Source: Myxococcota bacterium
Lineage (GTDB): Bacteria > Myxococcota_A > UBA9160 > JAFDDA01
Direction of reading: 5' to 3'
Length of the DNA: 64,000 nt
Assembly (NCBI GenBank): GCA_965228475.1
Contig: OZ245817.1
Coordinates: 1,056,001-1,120,000 of the forward strand
Part shown: piece after piece, positions 28,733 through 38,993 of the stretch
How the letters are laid out: each line of letters opens with the position of its first letter
How positions within the stretch are numbered: the first letter of the stretch is position 1
The notes under the pieces: model-generated
The model's input: only the letters and a program-made list of their open reading frames with translations
Database searches by the model: none
What the model was told of the DNA's origin: nothing
Made by a program: the position numbers and the translations under genes

Positions 28733-29185
28733 ATGCGTGGTATCCGGCTGGGTCTGGCGGCGGTGGTTGGGGCACTTCTGATCCAGCTGGTGCCTCACGG
28801 CCGCGATCATTCGAATCCGCCCGTGACGGTCGAGCCCGATTGGGACGCGCCGGAGACTCGGGAGCTTTTCTTCCGCGCCTGCAGGGATTGCCACAGCAAC
28901 GAGACGATCTGGCCCTGGTACAGCTCGATCGCTCCGATGTCCTGGCTCGTTGCCAGGGACGTGACGGAGGGCCGGTCCCACTTCAACGTCTCGGAGTGGG
29001 GTAGGGAGGGAAACCACGGCGAGGACGCCGCCGACCTGGTGCGGGAAGGGGAGATGCCGCCCTGGTTCTACCTCCCGGCGCACCCCGAGGCGCAGCTCGC
29101 CGAGCAGGACCGGGAGGCGCTCGTGGCCGGCCTGAGGGCCACCTTCGGCGAGGGGGGGCACGAACACCATGACCACGTTCGCTGA
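28733..29185 (+). CDS. Heme-binding domain protein (cytochrome c type)
   Basis: [39 protein letters not shown]. Confidence 0.85.
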   Translation: MRGIRLGLAAVVGALLIQLVPHGRDHSNPPVTVEPDWDAPETRELFFRACRDCHSNETIWPWYSSIAPMSWLVARDVTEGRSHFNVSEWGREGNHGEDAADLVREGEMPPWFYLPAHPEAQLAEQDREALVAGLRATFGEGGHEHHDHVR

Positions 29186-29193
29186 GGGGGGGC

Positions 29194-29222
29194 TGGACAG
29201 ATACCCCTTGGGGGTATAGGTT
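29194..29222 (+). promoter_or_regulatory. CsoR operator ATACCCC-TTG-GGGGTAT (29201-29217) within a sigma70-like promoter TGGACA-N17-TAGGTT
   Basis: Perfect 7-bp inverted repeat with C/G tracts just upstream of csoR. Confidence 0.85.
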
Positions 29223-29228
29223 CATGGC

Positions 29229-29516
29229 ATGCGTGAAGAAACTCGACAACAAGCCCAGCGGAGGATTCGAAAGATCGCGGGTCAGGTCGCTGGCCTCGAA
29301 CGCATGGTCGATGAGGACCGCTACTGCGTAGACATCCTCCTTCAAGTGGCAGCAGCACGCGCGGCCCTCGACGGCGCGGGCAAACTCCTTCTGAACGCGC
29401 ACCTCGAGACGTGCGTGGCGGAGGCGCTCGCATCCGACAAACCGAAGGCGCGCAAAGAGAAGCTCTCCGAGCTGATGGACGTCTTCTCGAAGTTCGTGCA
29501 CATTGGGGGGCGGTAG
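29229..29516 (+). CDS. csoR: CsoR-family Cu(I)-sensing repressor
   Basis: [25 protein letters not shown]...HLETCV (C-H-C ligands). Confidence 0.92.
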   Translation: MREETRQQAQRRIRKIAGQVAGLERMVDEDRYCVDILLQVAAARAALDGAGKLLLNAHLETCVAEALASDKPKARKEKLSELMDVFSKFVHIGGR

Positions 29517-29517
29517 G

Positions 29518-31827
29518 GTGACTTCCCTGGCTGCGAGCACGGTCGATCCGGTCTGCGGAATGCCAGTCGATCCGTCGGGCCCGCACCGGCACGACTTCGA
29601 AGGCACGACGTACGGATTCTGCTCTGCCGGCTGCCTCTCCCGCTTCCGAGACGACCCCCTTCGCTACATCGCGCGCGCACCGGGTGAGCGGGAGCCGGAG
29701 GCCGCCGCGCCAGGGACGCTCTGGACGTGCCCGATGCATCCGGAAATTGTTTGGGAGGGACCGGGATCCTGTCCGATCTGTGGCATGGCTCTCGAGGCGA
29801 TGACCCCAACCGAGACCGACGACAACCCCGAGCTCGCGGAGATGTCGCGGCGCTTCTGGTTCAGTCTGGTCTTTACGCTGCCGGTCTTCGCCATCGCGAT
29901 GGGCGAGATGTTCCACGGCAGCCCCATCCGGGCTCGGTTCTCTGCCCAGACGCTCACGTGGCTCCAGCTCCTCCTGGGCACGCCCGTCGTGCTTTGGGGC
30001 GGCTGGCCGTTCTTCGTCCGAGGGTGGATGTCCCTACGGACGATGCACCTGAACATGTTCACGCTCATAGCTGTTGGGACGGGTGCGGCATGGCTGTACA
30101 GCACGGTGGCGACGGTGCTGCCCGGCATCTTCCCCGCCTCGTTCCGCGGTGCCGATGGCCAGGTGGCCGTCTACTTCGAAGCGGCTGCGGTGATCGTGAC
30201 GCTCGTGCTTCTCGGCCAGGTGCTCGAGCTTCGAGCGCGGAGCCAAACGGGTGCTGCGATCCGCGCCCTGCTAGGCCTTGCACCGAAAACGGCTCGACGC
30301 CTGAACGACGACGGATCCGAAGAGGACGTGGCGCTCGACCTCGTCCGGGTAGGGGACCGGCTCCGGGTCCGGCCCGGCGAGAAGGTTCCTGTCGATGGCG
30401 TGGTGCTCGAGGGCGACAGTGCGGTCGACGAATCGATGATCACCGGCGAGCCGATCCCGGTGTCGAAGCGCGACGGGGACGAGGTGACGGGCGCCACCGT
30501 CAACGGCACGGGCTCCCTCGTGATTCGGGCCGAGCGGGTTGGGGCAGAGACACTGCTGGCCCAGATCGTCCAGATGGTGGCCGAAGCTCAGCGCAGTCGC
30601 GCGCCGATCCAACGCCTGGCGGATGTCGTCGCCGCCTATTTCGTGCCTGCTGTGATCGGGGTCGCGATGCTTACTGCCATCGTGTGGGGTAGCTGGGGCC
30701 CTGAGCCGCGCATGGCGTACGCACTCATCAGCGCGGTCGCCGTGCTGATCATCGCGTGTCCGTGCGCCTTGGGCCTCGCGACACCGATGTCAATCATGGT
30801 TGCGACGGGCAAGGCGGCGACCGCTGGGGTCCTGTTCAAGAACGCCCAAGCCATCGAGCTCCTGCGGGACGTCGATACCATCGTCGTGGACAAGACGGGC
30901 ACGCTCACGGAGGGCAAGCCCAAGCTGATCGAGGTCGTCGCCACCGAGCCCTTCGACGAAGAGGAGATCTTGAGTCTCGTCGGATCGCTCGAGCGCGCGA
31001 GCGAGCACCCGCTCGCCCAGGCCATCGTCCAGGGCGCGCTCGACCGGGGCATCGCCCTGGCCGCCGCGGAGGGCTTCGAGTCGCGAACGGGCCGCGGCGT
31101 GGTGGGCCGTGTGGCCGGCCGAAAGGTTGGGATCGGGAACCGGCGGCTGATGGGAGAACTGGGCGCTCGCCCCGATGCGCTGGCCGACGCTGCCGACTCC
31201 ATGCGCTCCGATGCGCAGACCGTGATGTACGTGGCCGTGGACGAGGCACTCGGCGGGCTCGTCGGAGTCGCAGATCCAATCAAGGACACGACTGCGGCGG
31301 CGGTGGACGGACTCCATGCCGAGGGGCTTCGGGTCGTGGTGTTGACGGGAGACAACGAGACGACCGCAAGGGCGGTGGCCGCCCGGCTCGGCCTCGACGA
31401 GGTCGTCGCGGACGTGCTGCCCGAGCAGAAGGCCGAGGCTGTCCGCCGACTCCAGGCGGCGGGGCGCATCGTGGCGATGGCCGGCGACGGCGTGAACGAC
31501 GCACCGGCACTGGCGCAAGCCCACGTCGGGATCGCCATGGGGACGGGGACCGACGTCGCCATGGAGAGCGCGGGCGTGACGCTCGTACGAGGCGACCTCC
31601 GGGGGATCCTCCGCGCTCGCCGACTCAGTCGGCAAACCATGCGGAACATCCGTCAGAACCTCTTCTTTGCATTCGTCTACAACGCGCTGGGGGTCCCGGT
31701 CGCGGCTGGCGCTCTTTATCCGACCTTCGGGCTGCTCTTGAGCCCGATGATCGCTGCAGCCGCCATGAGCCTCAGCTCCGTGTCAGTGATCGCGAACTCG
31801 CTCCGACTTCGGACCGTCGATGTCTAG
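29518..31827 (+). CDS. copA: Cu(I)-translocating P1B-type ATPase with YHS domain
   Basis: DPVCGM..FCS..C, TCPMHP..CPICGM, TGE, CPCALG, DKTGT, SEHP, GDGVND, YN, MSLSS. Confidence 0.95.
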   Translation: MTSLAASTVDPVCGMPVDPSGPHRHDFEGTTYGFCSAGCLSRFRDDPLRYIARAPGEREPEAAAPGTLWTCPMHPEIVWEGPGSCPICGMALEAMTPTETDDNPELAEMSRRFWFSLVFTLPVFAIAMGEMFHGSPIRARFSAQTLTWLQLLLGTPVVLWGGWPFFVRGWMSLRTMHLNMFTLIAVGTGAAWLYSTVATVLPGIFPASFRGADGQVAVYFEAAAVIVTLVLLGQVLELRARSQTGAAIRALLGLAPKTARRLNDDGSEEDVALDLVRVGDRLRVRPGEKVPVDGVVLEGDSAVDESMITGEPIPVSKRDGDEVTGATVNGTGSLVIRAERVGAETLLAQIVQMVAEAQRSRAPIQRLADVVAAYFVPAVIGVAMLTAIVWGSWGPEPRMAYALISAVAVLIIACPCALGLATPMSIMVATGKAATAGVLFKNAQAIELLRDVDTIVVDKTGTLTEGKPKLIEVVATEPFDEEEILSLVGSLERASEHPLAQAIVQGALDRGIALAAAEGFESRTGRGVVGRVAGRKVGIGNRRLMGELGARPDALADAADSMRSDAQTVMYVAVDEALGGLVGVADPIKDTTAAAVDGLHAEGLRVVVLTGDNETTARAVAARLGLDEVVADVLPEQKAEAVRRLQAAGRIVAMAGDGVNDAPALAQAHVGIAMGTGTDVAMESAGVTLVRGDLRGILRARRLSRQTMRNIRQNLFFAFVYNALGVPVAAGALYPTFGLLLSPMIAAAAMSLSSVSVIANSLRLRTVDV

Positions 31828-31997
31828 CCCTCTACGCTATGGGGGGTCTCCAGATGGGTGAATCCGCCGAGCCCCGGGCGCGGCGCTTCTGCCTCCATCG
31901 AATCGAGATGGCTCGAGCCGCGGCGCGCACCGGCTCCCGACTCGGTGGAGATCGAACATCCAAGGAGGTCCGCGCGGCCTCGTGAGGAATCCGACCC

Positions 31998-32462
31998 ATG
32001 TCCAACGCCCTGACTCGTCTCACGGCACTCTTGGCCGCTCTGCTCGTTGGTTGCGGTGAAGTCGCGGAGGCACCTCCGCCCGGGTCTTCCGCGGTCGTCG
32101 TTCAGGTGTTCAAGTCCCCGAACTGCGGCTGCTGCGTCGGCTGGGCAGACCACTTGGAGAGGAATGGCTTCCGCGTCGAGACGACGGATGTCAGCGACCT
32201 TAGCGCCATCAAGCGCCGCCACGGCGTTCCGGCGGACGGCGAGTCCTGTCACACCGCACTCGTCGAGGACTACGTCGTCGAGGGTCATGTCCCTGCCTCG
32301 GACATCGAGCGTCTCCTGGCCGAGCGGCCTGCCGTCCGCGGCCTGATGGTCCCGGGGATGCCCCGCGGTTCGCCGGGGATGGAGTCCCCGTTTCCCGAGC
32401 CGTACACCGTGTACGCCTTCCACGCAGACGGCCAACGGGCGGTGTTCTCGGAGCACGAGTAG
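31998..32462 (+). CDS. DUF411 (CopG-type) metal-binding lipoprotein
   Basis: Lipobox LVGC; CGCC, SCHTA, EGHVP, PGMPRGSPGM. Confidence 0.88.
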   Translation: MSNALTRLTALLAALLVGCGEVAEAPPPGSSAVVVQVFKSPNCGCCVGWADHLERNGFRVETTDVSDLSAIKRRHGVPADGESCHTALVEDYVVEGHVPASDIERLLAERPAVRGLMVPGMPRGSPGMESPFPEPYTVYAFHADGQRAVFSEHE

Positions 32463-32544
32463 CCTGAGCTTGCCTTCGTTCGAGACTCGCCGCGGCACGT
32501 GTTTCGAGCAGGCTTGCTCACCGGTCGCCAGCGTCGCGCACGGT

Positions 32545-32811
32545 CTAGGATCGGGGCTGTCCGATTCCGGCAGCGCGGAGATCTTCTTCCGAGGGTCCGC
32601 CCCGGCAGCAGCCCGCGACCTCGCCATCCACGACGATGGAGGGCACCGTACGGATCCCGAGCTCCTTGGCACGACGTGCCACGGTCGGCTTCCGCATGTC
32701 GTGAACCTCGACTTCGCAGGACACGCACGCGATCCGCTCGACGAGCGCGACGGCGTCGTCGCATGCCGGGCAGCCAGCACTGAACACTTCGACCTTTCTC
32801 GTGTTGGCCAT
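32545..32811 (-). CDS. Small thioredoxin/glutaredoxin-fold protein
   Basis: VEVFSAGCPAC, CVSC, TVP, GCC; GAGG RBS. Confidence 0.8.
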   Translation of the reverse strand: MANTRKVEVFSAGCPACDDAVALVERIACVSCEVEVHDMRKPTVARRAKELGIRTVPSIVVDGEVAGCCRGGPSEEDLRAAGIGQPRS

Positions 32812-32834
32812 GGTCGTTGCCTCCTCGATCACCT

Positions 32835-33239
32835 TCACCGTGCGCCCGACGGCGCCGCATTCGAAGGTGTAGACATTTGCTCCGCCGCACTTCGGGAGTT
32901 CCAGACGCTCGCGGTCAGCAGCGCCGCGAGCCCGACGTAGCCGATCCAGGGCGCGTCCGGAAAGAACTTGGCCGCTACGAGCAGCCCGGCCGCACACACG
33001 CCCAGCCCGAGGGGGCCAAACACCCGCCTGCGGCGTGCGCCGAAGCCGATCGCGACGAGCGCCACGCCGAGCAGCAACGCCGTGAGCGGGGTCAACACCG
33101 CCCGGGTTGCCATGAAGCCGAGCCCGAGGGTACTCATCGTCGCGGCGAACGCGGAGAGGCAGACCGGGCAGCCCCACGCGGGTAGCAACCAGGCGCCCAT
33201 CCCGGTGAGCGCAGGCAGCAGCTCCCGCCTCCGGCGCAT
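32835..33239 (-). CDS. MerC/MerT-like metal transport membrane protein
   Basis: CPVC in first TM then LGLGF; about 4 TM. Confidence 0.7.
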   Translation of the reverse strand: MRRRRELLPALTGMGAWLLPAWGCPVCLSAFAATMSTLGLGFMATRAVLTPLTALLLGVALVAIGFGARRRRVFGPLGLGVCAAGLLVAAKFFPDAPWIGYVGLAALLTASVWNSRSAAEQMSTPSNAAPSGAR

Positions 33240-33637
33240 CACGAGCCCTCTCCGGTGAGAGACCGAAGGATCGAACACGCCGCCGTCGGGCCTTGGCCCG
33301 GGCAGTCCTGGACCGCCTTTCGGAGCGCCCTTCTCACCTTCTGGAGCGACCGAATCCTCTCCTCGATGTCGGCAAGCTTGCTCCGGGCGGCATCCCGGAC
33401 TTCCGCGGCCGACGCGCTCGGGCTGCGATCCAGCGAACGGAGCTCGCGGATTTCGTCAAGCGTGAAGCCCAGATCCTTGGCTCTCCGGATGAAGCGCAGA
33501 TCCAGCACCACCTCCGGGGGATAGTCGCGGTATCCGGACGGTCGACGCGAAGGGGCCGGGATCAGCCCGCGGCGCTCGTAGAAGCGAACCGCGTCAATCC
33601 CGATACCCGCGCGCTTCGCCACCTCGCCAATCTTCAT
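33239..33637 (-). CDS. MerR-family metal-responsive regulator (CueR-like ligand set)
   Basis: MKIGEVAKRAG..RFYERRGLI..GYRDY, FIRRAKDLGFTLDEI; CPGQGPTAAC loop; Ser/Ala where MerR has its third Cys. Confidence 0.9.
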   Translation of the reverse strand: MKIGEVAKRAGIGIDAVRFYERRGLIPAPSRRPSGYRDYPPEVVLDLRFIRRAKDLGFTLDEIRELRSLDRSPSASAAEVRDAARSKLADIEERIRSLQKVRRALRKAVQDCPGQGPTAACSILRSLTGEGS

Positions 33638-33652
33638 GCAGCCTCCCTCTGA

Positions 33653-33685
33653 AGACTATCGGTCTAGACTCGGGTCCAGAGTCAA
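33653..33685 (-). promoter_or_regulatory. MerR-type promoter/operator TTGACT-CTGGACCCGAGTCTAGACC-GATAGT
   Basis: Long (19-21 nt) spacer containing dyad TCTGGAC-N4-GTCTAGA. Confidence 0.75.
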
Positions 33686-33838
33686 GGCTTCTTCCTGCCT
33701 GAGTTGGAGCGACAACTCGACGAAGCGCCCGGGATCCATCCCCTCGATTCGATGGGCGAATCTCGTTCTATCGTCGCGCGTTTTCGGCGCCAGTTGCGTG
33801 TCTTGGCGGCCGTTGGCTGTCGAAAAGCGTCATAAATA

Positions 33839-33870
33839 CAACCTGTTACAGAGGTTGATGCCGGTACAAT
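33839..33870 (+). promoter_or_regulatory. Inverted repeat CAACCT-N7-AGGTTG followed by TACAAT (-10-like) upstream of MMPL operon
   Basis: Seen in an AT-richer intergenic patch. Confidence 0.4.
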
Positions 33871-33912
33871 GGCCGCCGAGGCGGGGCCGGGGCCCGCGCC
33901 GAGGGTCCGGCC

Positions 33913-36249
33913 ATGCTCAACCGCATATCGAGCCTCGCTCGGCTCCTGACCGAGATCAGCGTCCGACGGCCGCTGGCGACCGCTGCGGTTGGCCTGGCCC
34001 TGACCCTGGGGCTCGCGTTCCAGGCCGCCCAGCTCACTAGCGAGGTCGGGTACGCCGCCTACTTCGGGCCGGACGACCCCGCAGTCGATCGCCTCTCCAG
34101 CTTCTTCGAGGAGTTTGACAGCGGGCTGCACGTCCTCGTCGTGTTCGGCTGCCCGGGGAGCAAGGTCTGCTCGTCCATTCAGGATCGGTCCGCGCTCGAG
34201 TTCATCGCCGAGCTCCAGCAGGAGCTGGATCGCCTGCCGAACGTCCGGCGGACGCAGAGCGTGCTCAACGCTCCGATCGTGGTGGGGCCCCTGGAGACGC
34301 GCACGATCGCCGAGCGCAACGGGCAGGGTGACTATTCCCTAGCCGACGATTGGGAGAGCCTTGCGACTCGCTCCCTTGGCGAGCCGTTTCTTGCCAACGT
34401 GGTTGTCTCGCAGGATGGGAAGACCGCGGGAATCATCGTCGAGTTTCAGTCACTCGACAGCGAGCCCGTGCGCGACCTGGTGCACGCGATCCTCGACCTG
34501 ACGCCCAGGTACGAAGAGGAGCTCGGGAGCGAGATCTTCGTCGCGGGCGACCCCGTCTGGACGGTCGTTGCCGACGACGACCTGGACGCGGACTCGCTGA
34601 ACCTGACCGTCCTCATGTTCGTTCTGATCACGGCCATTCTCTGGGGCTTCTTCCGCGACGTCTGGCTGACCGCGCTCCCAGTGCTTTCGGTTGGAGGGCT
34701 CACCGTCGGCATCCATGGAGTCATCGCGTTGCTCGGGATCCCGATGACGACCATCCTGGCTGCGCTCCCGCCGCTCCTAGTCGTCATCGCCATCACCGCC
34801 GCGATCCATCTTCTGACGTCCTTCTTGCGTCACCCCGACCTGGAGCCGGGGCCGGCACTCGTCCGCGCCGCCGATGAGGTCGGCCCCGGGTGCCTCTGGG
34901 CGGCCGTCACGACGGCGGCGGGCTTCGGTTCGTTCCTGCTGAGCGACCTCGCGAGCTTCCAACAGTTCGGTCTGGCTGCGGCCATTGGCTTGGTGCTCGC
35001 CTTTCTCGGCACCTTCACGATCCTGCCGGCTCTCCTGTGCCTTCGCCCTCCGCGCACCCGGGGCCCCGATCGAGCCCGGCTCGGCGTCGTCCGAGAGATG
35101 CTGGGTGCGGCGATCGCAGCCGTCACCAGCAGGCCCGCATTCGTTCTCGCCACGGGATGCGCCGTTCTCATCGGCCTCGCGGCCGGGATCCCCCGGCTCT
35201 ACTACGAGGTCGATTTCGGCGATCAGTCGCTCGTCCTCCGCTCCGTCCGATTCATGGAGGCGAACTTCCGCAAGCCGATGACGACGGAGCTCGTCGTCAC
35301 GGTCCCGGAAGGCAGGCGGATCTACGACGAGGAGAGCCTGCGTCTGCTCCGTCGCCTGGAGGAGTACTTCAAGGGCGAGCCCAGCAGCGGTGTCGCTTGG
35401 AGCTTCCTGGACTTCCTCGAAGAGGCATATCGCATCGACCACGGCAGGCGAGCGAACTCATTCGACGATCTGGTGAACGCCGCGCGTGGCGAGATGCCCA
35501 TCGTCGCCTCGTACGACGGGCTGTCAGCTTTCTGGAGCGAGTCGGCTTCTGAGGGAGAGGAGGGCGCAAGGATCTACCAGGATCGCGCTCGCGTCTCGGT
35601 CCACCGAAGCTGGCTCAACGGTGAAGAGCAGATCCCGTACGTCAATCGGCTTCGCGAGTTCATTGCTGAGGTCAACCGGGATGTCGAAGGCGAGGGGTAC
35701 CGAGTCGAGCTGAACGGTGGGCTCGAGCTCGCCGCCCTCGCGGAGGAGCGTATCCGCGACACCCAGTGGCGGAGCTTCGGGACGGCCTTCGCCGTGGTGA
35801 CCGCGACCCTGTGGGCTCTGCTCTGGTCCATTCCCTCACTCGCCGCGCTGGGAATGATCGTGAACGTACTCCCGGTGATCGGATTGCTGGGTCTGATGGG
35901 GTGGACCGGGATCGCGGTCGATCCCGCAAACACGATGGTGGCTGCCGTGCTGCTGGCCATCGCGGTGGACGACACGATCCACGTATCACTGCGTTACCAG
36001 CGCAGGCGACGCGAAGGTGCATCGAGGCGAGATGCCGTCACGACGACGCTTCTGACGGTCGGCGAGGCCGTCGCGATCACGAGCATCTGTCTGGCGCTCG
36101 GGTTCGCGGTCCTGATGTTCTCGCGGTGGGGCGGGCTCGTCTCGTTCGGCCTGCTCGCAAGCCTCGGGATTGTGTTCGCCCTGGTCGGAGACCTCTTGCT
36201 TCTTCCAGCGGCGCTGCTCAGTCGGGACCGAGGGGAGCCTCAGCAATGA
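33913..36249 (+). CDS. MMPL/RND-family lipid transporter
   Basis: Two repeats of TM + large loop + TM bundle; AIHLL, TTAAGFGS, AIAVDDTIH, GDLLLLPA. Confidence 0.88.
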   Translation: MLNRISSLARLLTEISVRRPLATAAVGLALTLGLAFQAAQLTSEVGYAAYFGPDDPAVDRLSSFFEEFDSGLHVLVVFGCPGSKVCSSIQDRSALEFIAELQQELDRLPNVRRTQSVLNAPIVVGPLETRTIAERNGQGDYSLADDWESLATRSLGEPFLANVVVSQDGKTAGIIVEFQSLDSEPVRDLVHAILDLTPRYEEELGSEIFVAGDPVWTVVADDDLDADSLNLTVLMFVLITAILWGFFRDVWLTALPVLSVGGLTVGIHGVIALLGIPMTTILAALPPLLVVIAITAAIHLLTSFLRHPDLEPGPALVRAADEVGPGCLWAAVTTAAGFGSFLLSDLASFQQFGLAAAIGLVLAFLGTFTILPALLCLRPPRTRGPDRARLGVVREMLGAAIAAVTSRPAFVLATGCAVLIGLAAGIPRLYYEVDFGDQSLVLRSVRFMEANFRKPMTTELVVTVPEGRRIYDEESLRLLRRLEEYFKGEPSSGVAWSFLDFLEEAYRIDHGRRANSFDDLVNAARGEMPIVASYDGLSAFWSESASEGEEGARIYQDRARVSVHRSWLNGEEQIPYVNRLREFIAEVNRDVEGEGYRVELNGGLELAALAEERIRDTQWRSFGTAFAVVTATLWALLWSIPSLAALGMIVNVLPVIGLLGLMGWTGIAVDPANTMVAAVLLAIAVDDTIHVSLRYQRRRREGASRRDAVTTTLLTVGEAVAITSICLALGFAVLMFSRWGGLVSFGLLASLGIVFALVGDLLLLPAALLSRDRGEPQQ

Positions 36250-38993
36250 GTGCGACCAAGCCGCTCAAGAGATGGCTGGTTGTAGCTGCAGTCGTGGTTC
36301 CGTGGGCAGTCGTCTGGCCTTCTCCGGATGGGCTTCGCGCGCCGACTCAGGCCCTGGATGCACCGCTCGACGAAGGTCTCCGCGTGCCCTTCGCCGCGAC
36401 GTTTCTTCGCACGGCCAACCCCGCCTTCGAGCCGCATGACCGGGTTCTCGATCTCACGTTCGAAGGGGAGGATCAGCTGATCCCGCCGAGAAACCGCGCA
36501 GAGCTGCTGCTCCTGGCGCGGGAGAGGCATGGCGACCGGATGTCGATACGCCTCGTGCGAGGCCGCGATCCAGTGACCGTGCGAGCCAACACTACGACGC
36601 AGTCGGGATGGCGGTCTTTGGGCGCGAACTGGCCGACGCTCTTCCTAGGAGCTGCATTCCTCCTCTTCGGCCTGGCCGTCGGCCTCGGCAGCCAGCATCC
36701 CGTCGCTTCTCCGCTCTTCGCGGTGTCGTGGTGCGCCGGAGCCTGGGCGCTCTCGCAGGTGGACTTGATGCTGCCAGAGGACCCGGGGCTCCACGGGATA
36801 CCCTCGTTGCGCTCGCGGCTCGGGCTGGTGAGCGTCACTCTCCTGCCCGCCTCCTTCATCCATCTGGCGATGCGGTTCCCGGTCGTGTCGCCTCGCTTCC
36901 GCTCCGCCGGAGCGGCCTTGGCTCCCTATGGCTTCTGGCTCTTCCCGGCCGCCTTCGCCCAGTTTCACGTCCAGAATGCGGCGTTCCTGAACTCCCTGGA
37001 GCGCATCGCCATCGGAGCTGCCTTCCTGGCAGCAGGAATCCTCATCGCCGGGAGCATCACCTCGGCGAGCACGATGACCCCGATCGAACGCGCGCGGAGC
37101 CGCGCTCTGCTGCTCGGCCTGGGAGTCGGCAGCGCCGTACCGCTCGTCTATTTCCTCTGGGGCGGGACACCTCCAACGCCGCTCCGCACGCCATTCATCC
37201 TGTCCTTGCTCGCCTTCCCCGCATCCATCTCGTGGGCGATCGTCCGCTACCGCCTTCTCGATCCGCCCATGTGGGTGCAGAGCGCGGTGCTGACCGGGCT
37301 GACTGCCTCGGTTGCTCTGCTCCTGGCGAGTGGCGGTGTCTCCTTCGCGTTCTCGTTCCTCGATGAAGCTGAGCCCCTCGGATCGGCCGAGGTCATCCCG
37401 GTCGCGTTGACCACGACCGTCCTGTACCAGCTCCTTCATTTCGGCCTGCGACGGGGAGCCGCCGGTCGGGTCCTGCGAGAGCGAGCCTTCGAGTCGCTTC
37501 TAGAGGAGGCGAGCCAGCAGCTCGCGTCCGCGAGGCACCCGAAGCGAGTCCTCGAAGGCATCGAGCCGCTGATCCGTACACATCTCGGCGCCAGCGAGGT
37601 CAAGTGCCTTCTCGAAGAGGAGGCGGCGGCCTGTTCCGAGCCCCTCGTCAACCGCGGACTGGATCTTTGGCAAGGCGAGCGCAAGGCACCCGAGGCAATT
37701 GTGCGGGCGCGGTCCCGGGCCGAGGACCCGGGACCGGATGTGCCCGAGATCGTCCTTCCGCTCCTTCCCAGGAGCACGGCGAAGGCGTTCGTGTTCGTGG
37801 GATCGCGTTCCGATGGCCTCCCGTACGGGGAGGACCACGTTCGTATGCTCGTCAGTCTTCGCCACGTCGCTACCACCGCGTTGGAGGCCGCGGCGACGAC
37901 TGCAGACCTCGAGGAGCGGGTGGCCGAGAAGACCACATCGCTCGAACGGGCTCTCTCGGATCGCCAGGCCGTGCTCGGTGCCGCCCGAGCGATCTGTGAG
38001 GCGGACGGGGCTGACGAGGTGCTCGCGACGCTCCGCGGGTTCGCCGCAGCGCATCAAGCTTCCCTCCGCTGGGAAGGCGGCACTGAGGGGGCGCACATGC
38101 TCAAGCTGGCGATCCCAGGGGAGCCCGTGCGTTTGTTGGAGCTCGAAGGGATCGCGCCTCAGCGCGCCGAGGAGCTTGCCCCACAGCTCGGCACTCTCTG
38201 CGCGTTCGCAGGGCTCGCCATCGGTCGGCTCAACCTGCTCGCAGAGCTCAAGCTAGAGGTCGAGCGACAGGCGGAAGAGATCGCCGAGATCAGCTCCCGC
38301 CGACTTCACGCGGAGTTCGTCCGGGGCGTCGCCCACGAGCTGCGAAAGCCTACCGAGGAGGTCCGGCGCCGCGTCGAGGACCTCGGTGCCTCCTTCGCAC
38401 CGAAGCACGCCGACGCTCTCCGGCGGATCCGGGCAGCGAGCCGCGAGATGTCGCGCCGGCTCGACCTGCTGCTCTTCCACTCGGGGGTACGTCTCGATCT
38501 CCAGCGGATCGACCTGGTGCGGGTAGTCGAGGACGCCGTCGCGACCACAAGGCTTGGCTGCCCCGATCGGGACTACCGGCTGAGCCACGACCTGGCGCGC
38601 CTACCCATGATCGGGGACCCAAGCCGTCTGCTCTCGGTGGTCGAGAATCTCCTCGACAACGCCGCCAAGGCGACAAGCGCTGGACAGGCGATCGAGGTCG
38701 GCACCTCGCTGGAGGCTGGCAGCAGCTCCGGCGGCGCCCAGGTCCGCCTGGAAGTCGTGGACGAAGGGCGAGGCATCCCGCCCGATCGCCTCGAAGTGAT
38801 CTTCCAGCCCGGCGTGGGCCTCGAGCCCGGTGGGTTCGGGCTGGGCTTGTCCCTGTGCCGTGAAATCGTCCGCATGCACGCTGGGACGATCGAGGTGGCC
38901 TCCACGCCAAGCAGAACCAGCTTCTGCATTCGCTTGCCGCAGTTCCGTTCGGGGGAAGACGATGACCGCGACAGCATCGATTCTGTTGGTTGA
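36246..38993 (+). CDS. Multi-TM sensor histidine kinase
   Basis: Periplasmic domain, many TM, AIVRYRLLD, H-box AHELRKP, N-box ENLLDNA, DEGRGI, GFGLGL. Confidence 0.9.
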   Translation: MSATKPLKRWLVVAAVVVPWAVVWPSPDGLRAPTQALDAPLDEGLRVPFAATFLRTANPAFEPHDRVLDLTFEGEDQLIPPRNRAELLLLARERHGDRMSIRLVRGRDPVTVRANTTTQSGWRSLGANWPTLFLGAAFLLFGLAVGLGSQHPVASPLFAVSWCAGAWALSQVDLMLPEDPGLHGIPSLRSRLGLVSVTLLPASFIHLAMRFPVVSPRFRSAGAALAPYGFWLFPAAFAQFHVQNAAFLNSLERIAIGAAFLAAGILIAGSITSASTMTPIERARSRALLLGLGVGSAVPLVYFLWGGTPPTPLRTPFILSLLAFPASISWAIVRYRLLDPPMWVQSAVLTGLTASVALLLASGGVSFAFSFLDEAEPLGSAEVIPVALTTTVLYQLLHFGLRRGAAGRVLRERAFESLLEEASQQLASARHPKRVLEGIEPLIRTHLGASEVKCLLEEEAAACSEPLVNRGLDLWQGERKAPEAIVRARSRAEDPGPDVPEIVLPLLPRSTAKAFVFVGSRSDGLPYGEDHVRMLVSLRHVATTALEAAATTADLEERVAEKTTSLERALSDRQAVLGAARAICEADGADEVLATLRGFAAAHQASLRWEGGTEGAHMLKLAIPGEPVRLLELEGIAPQRAEELAPQLGTLCAFAGLAIGRLNLLAELKLEVERQAEEIAEISSRRLHAEFVRGVAHELRKPTEEVRRRVEDLGASFAPKHADALRRIRAASREMSRRLDLLLFHSGVRLDLQRIDLVRVVEDAVATTRLGCPDRDYRLSHDLARLPMIGDPSRLLSVVENLLDNAAKATSAGQAIEVGTSLEAGSSSGGAQVRLEVVDEGRGIPPDRLEVIFQPGVGLEPGGFGLGLSLCREIVRMHAGTIEVASTPSRTSFCIRLPQFRSGEDDDRDSIDSVG

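Noticed and set aside
33839..33857. lux box
   Set aside because: Only the ACCTGT start resembles one, spacing differs, and no LuxR/LuxI is in the window
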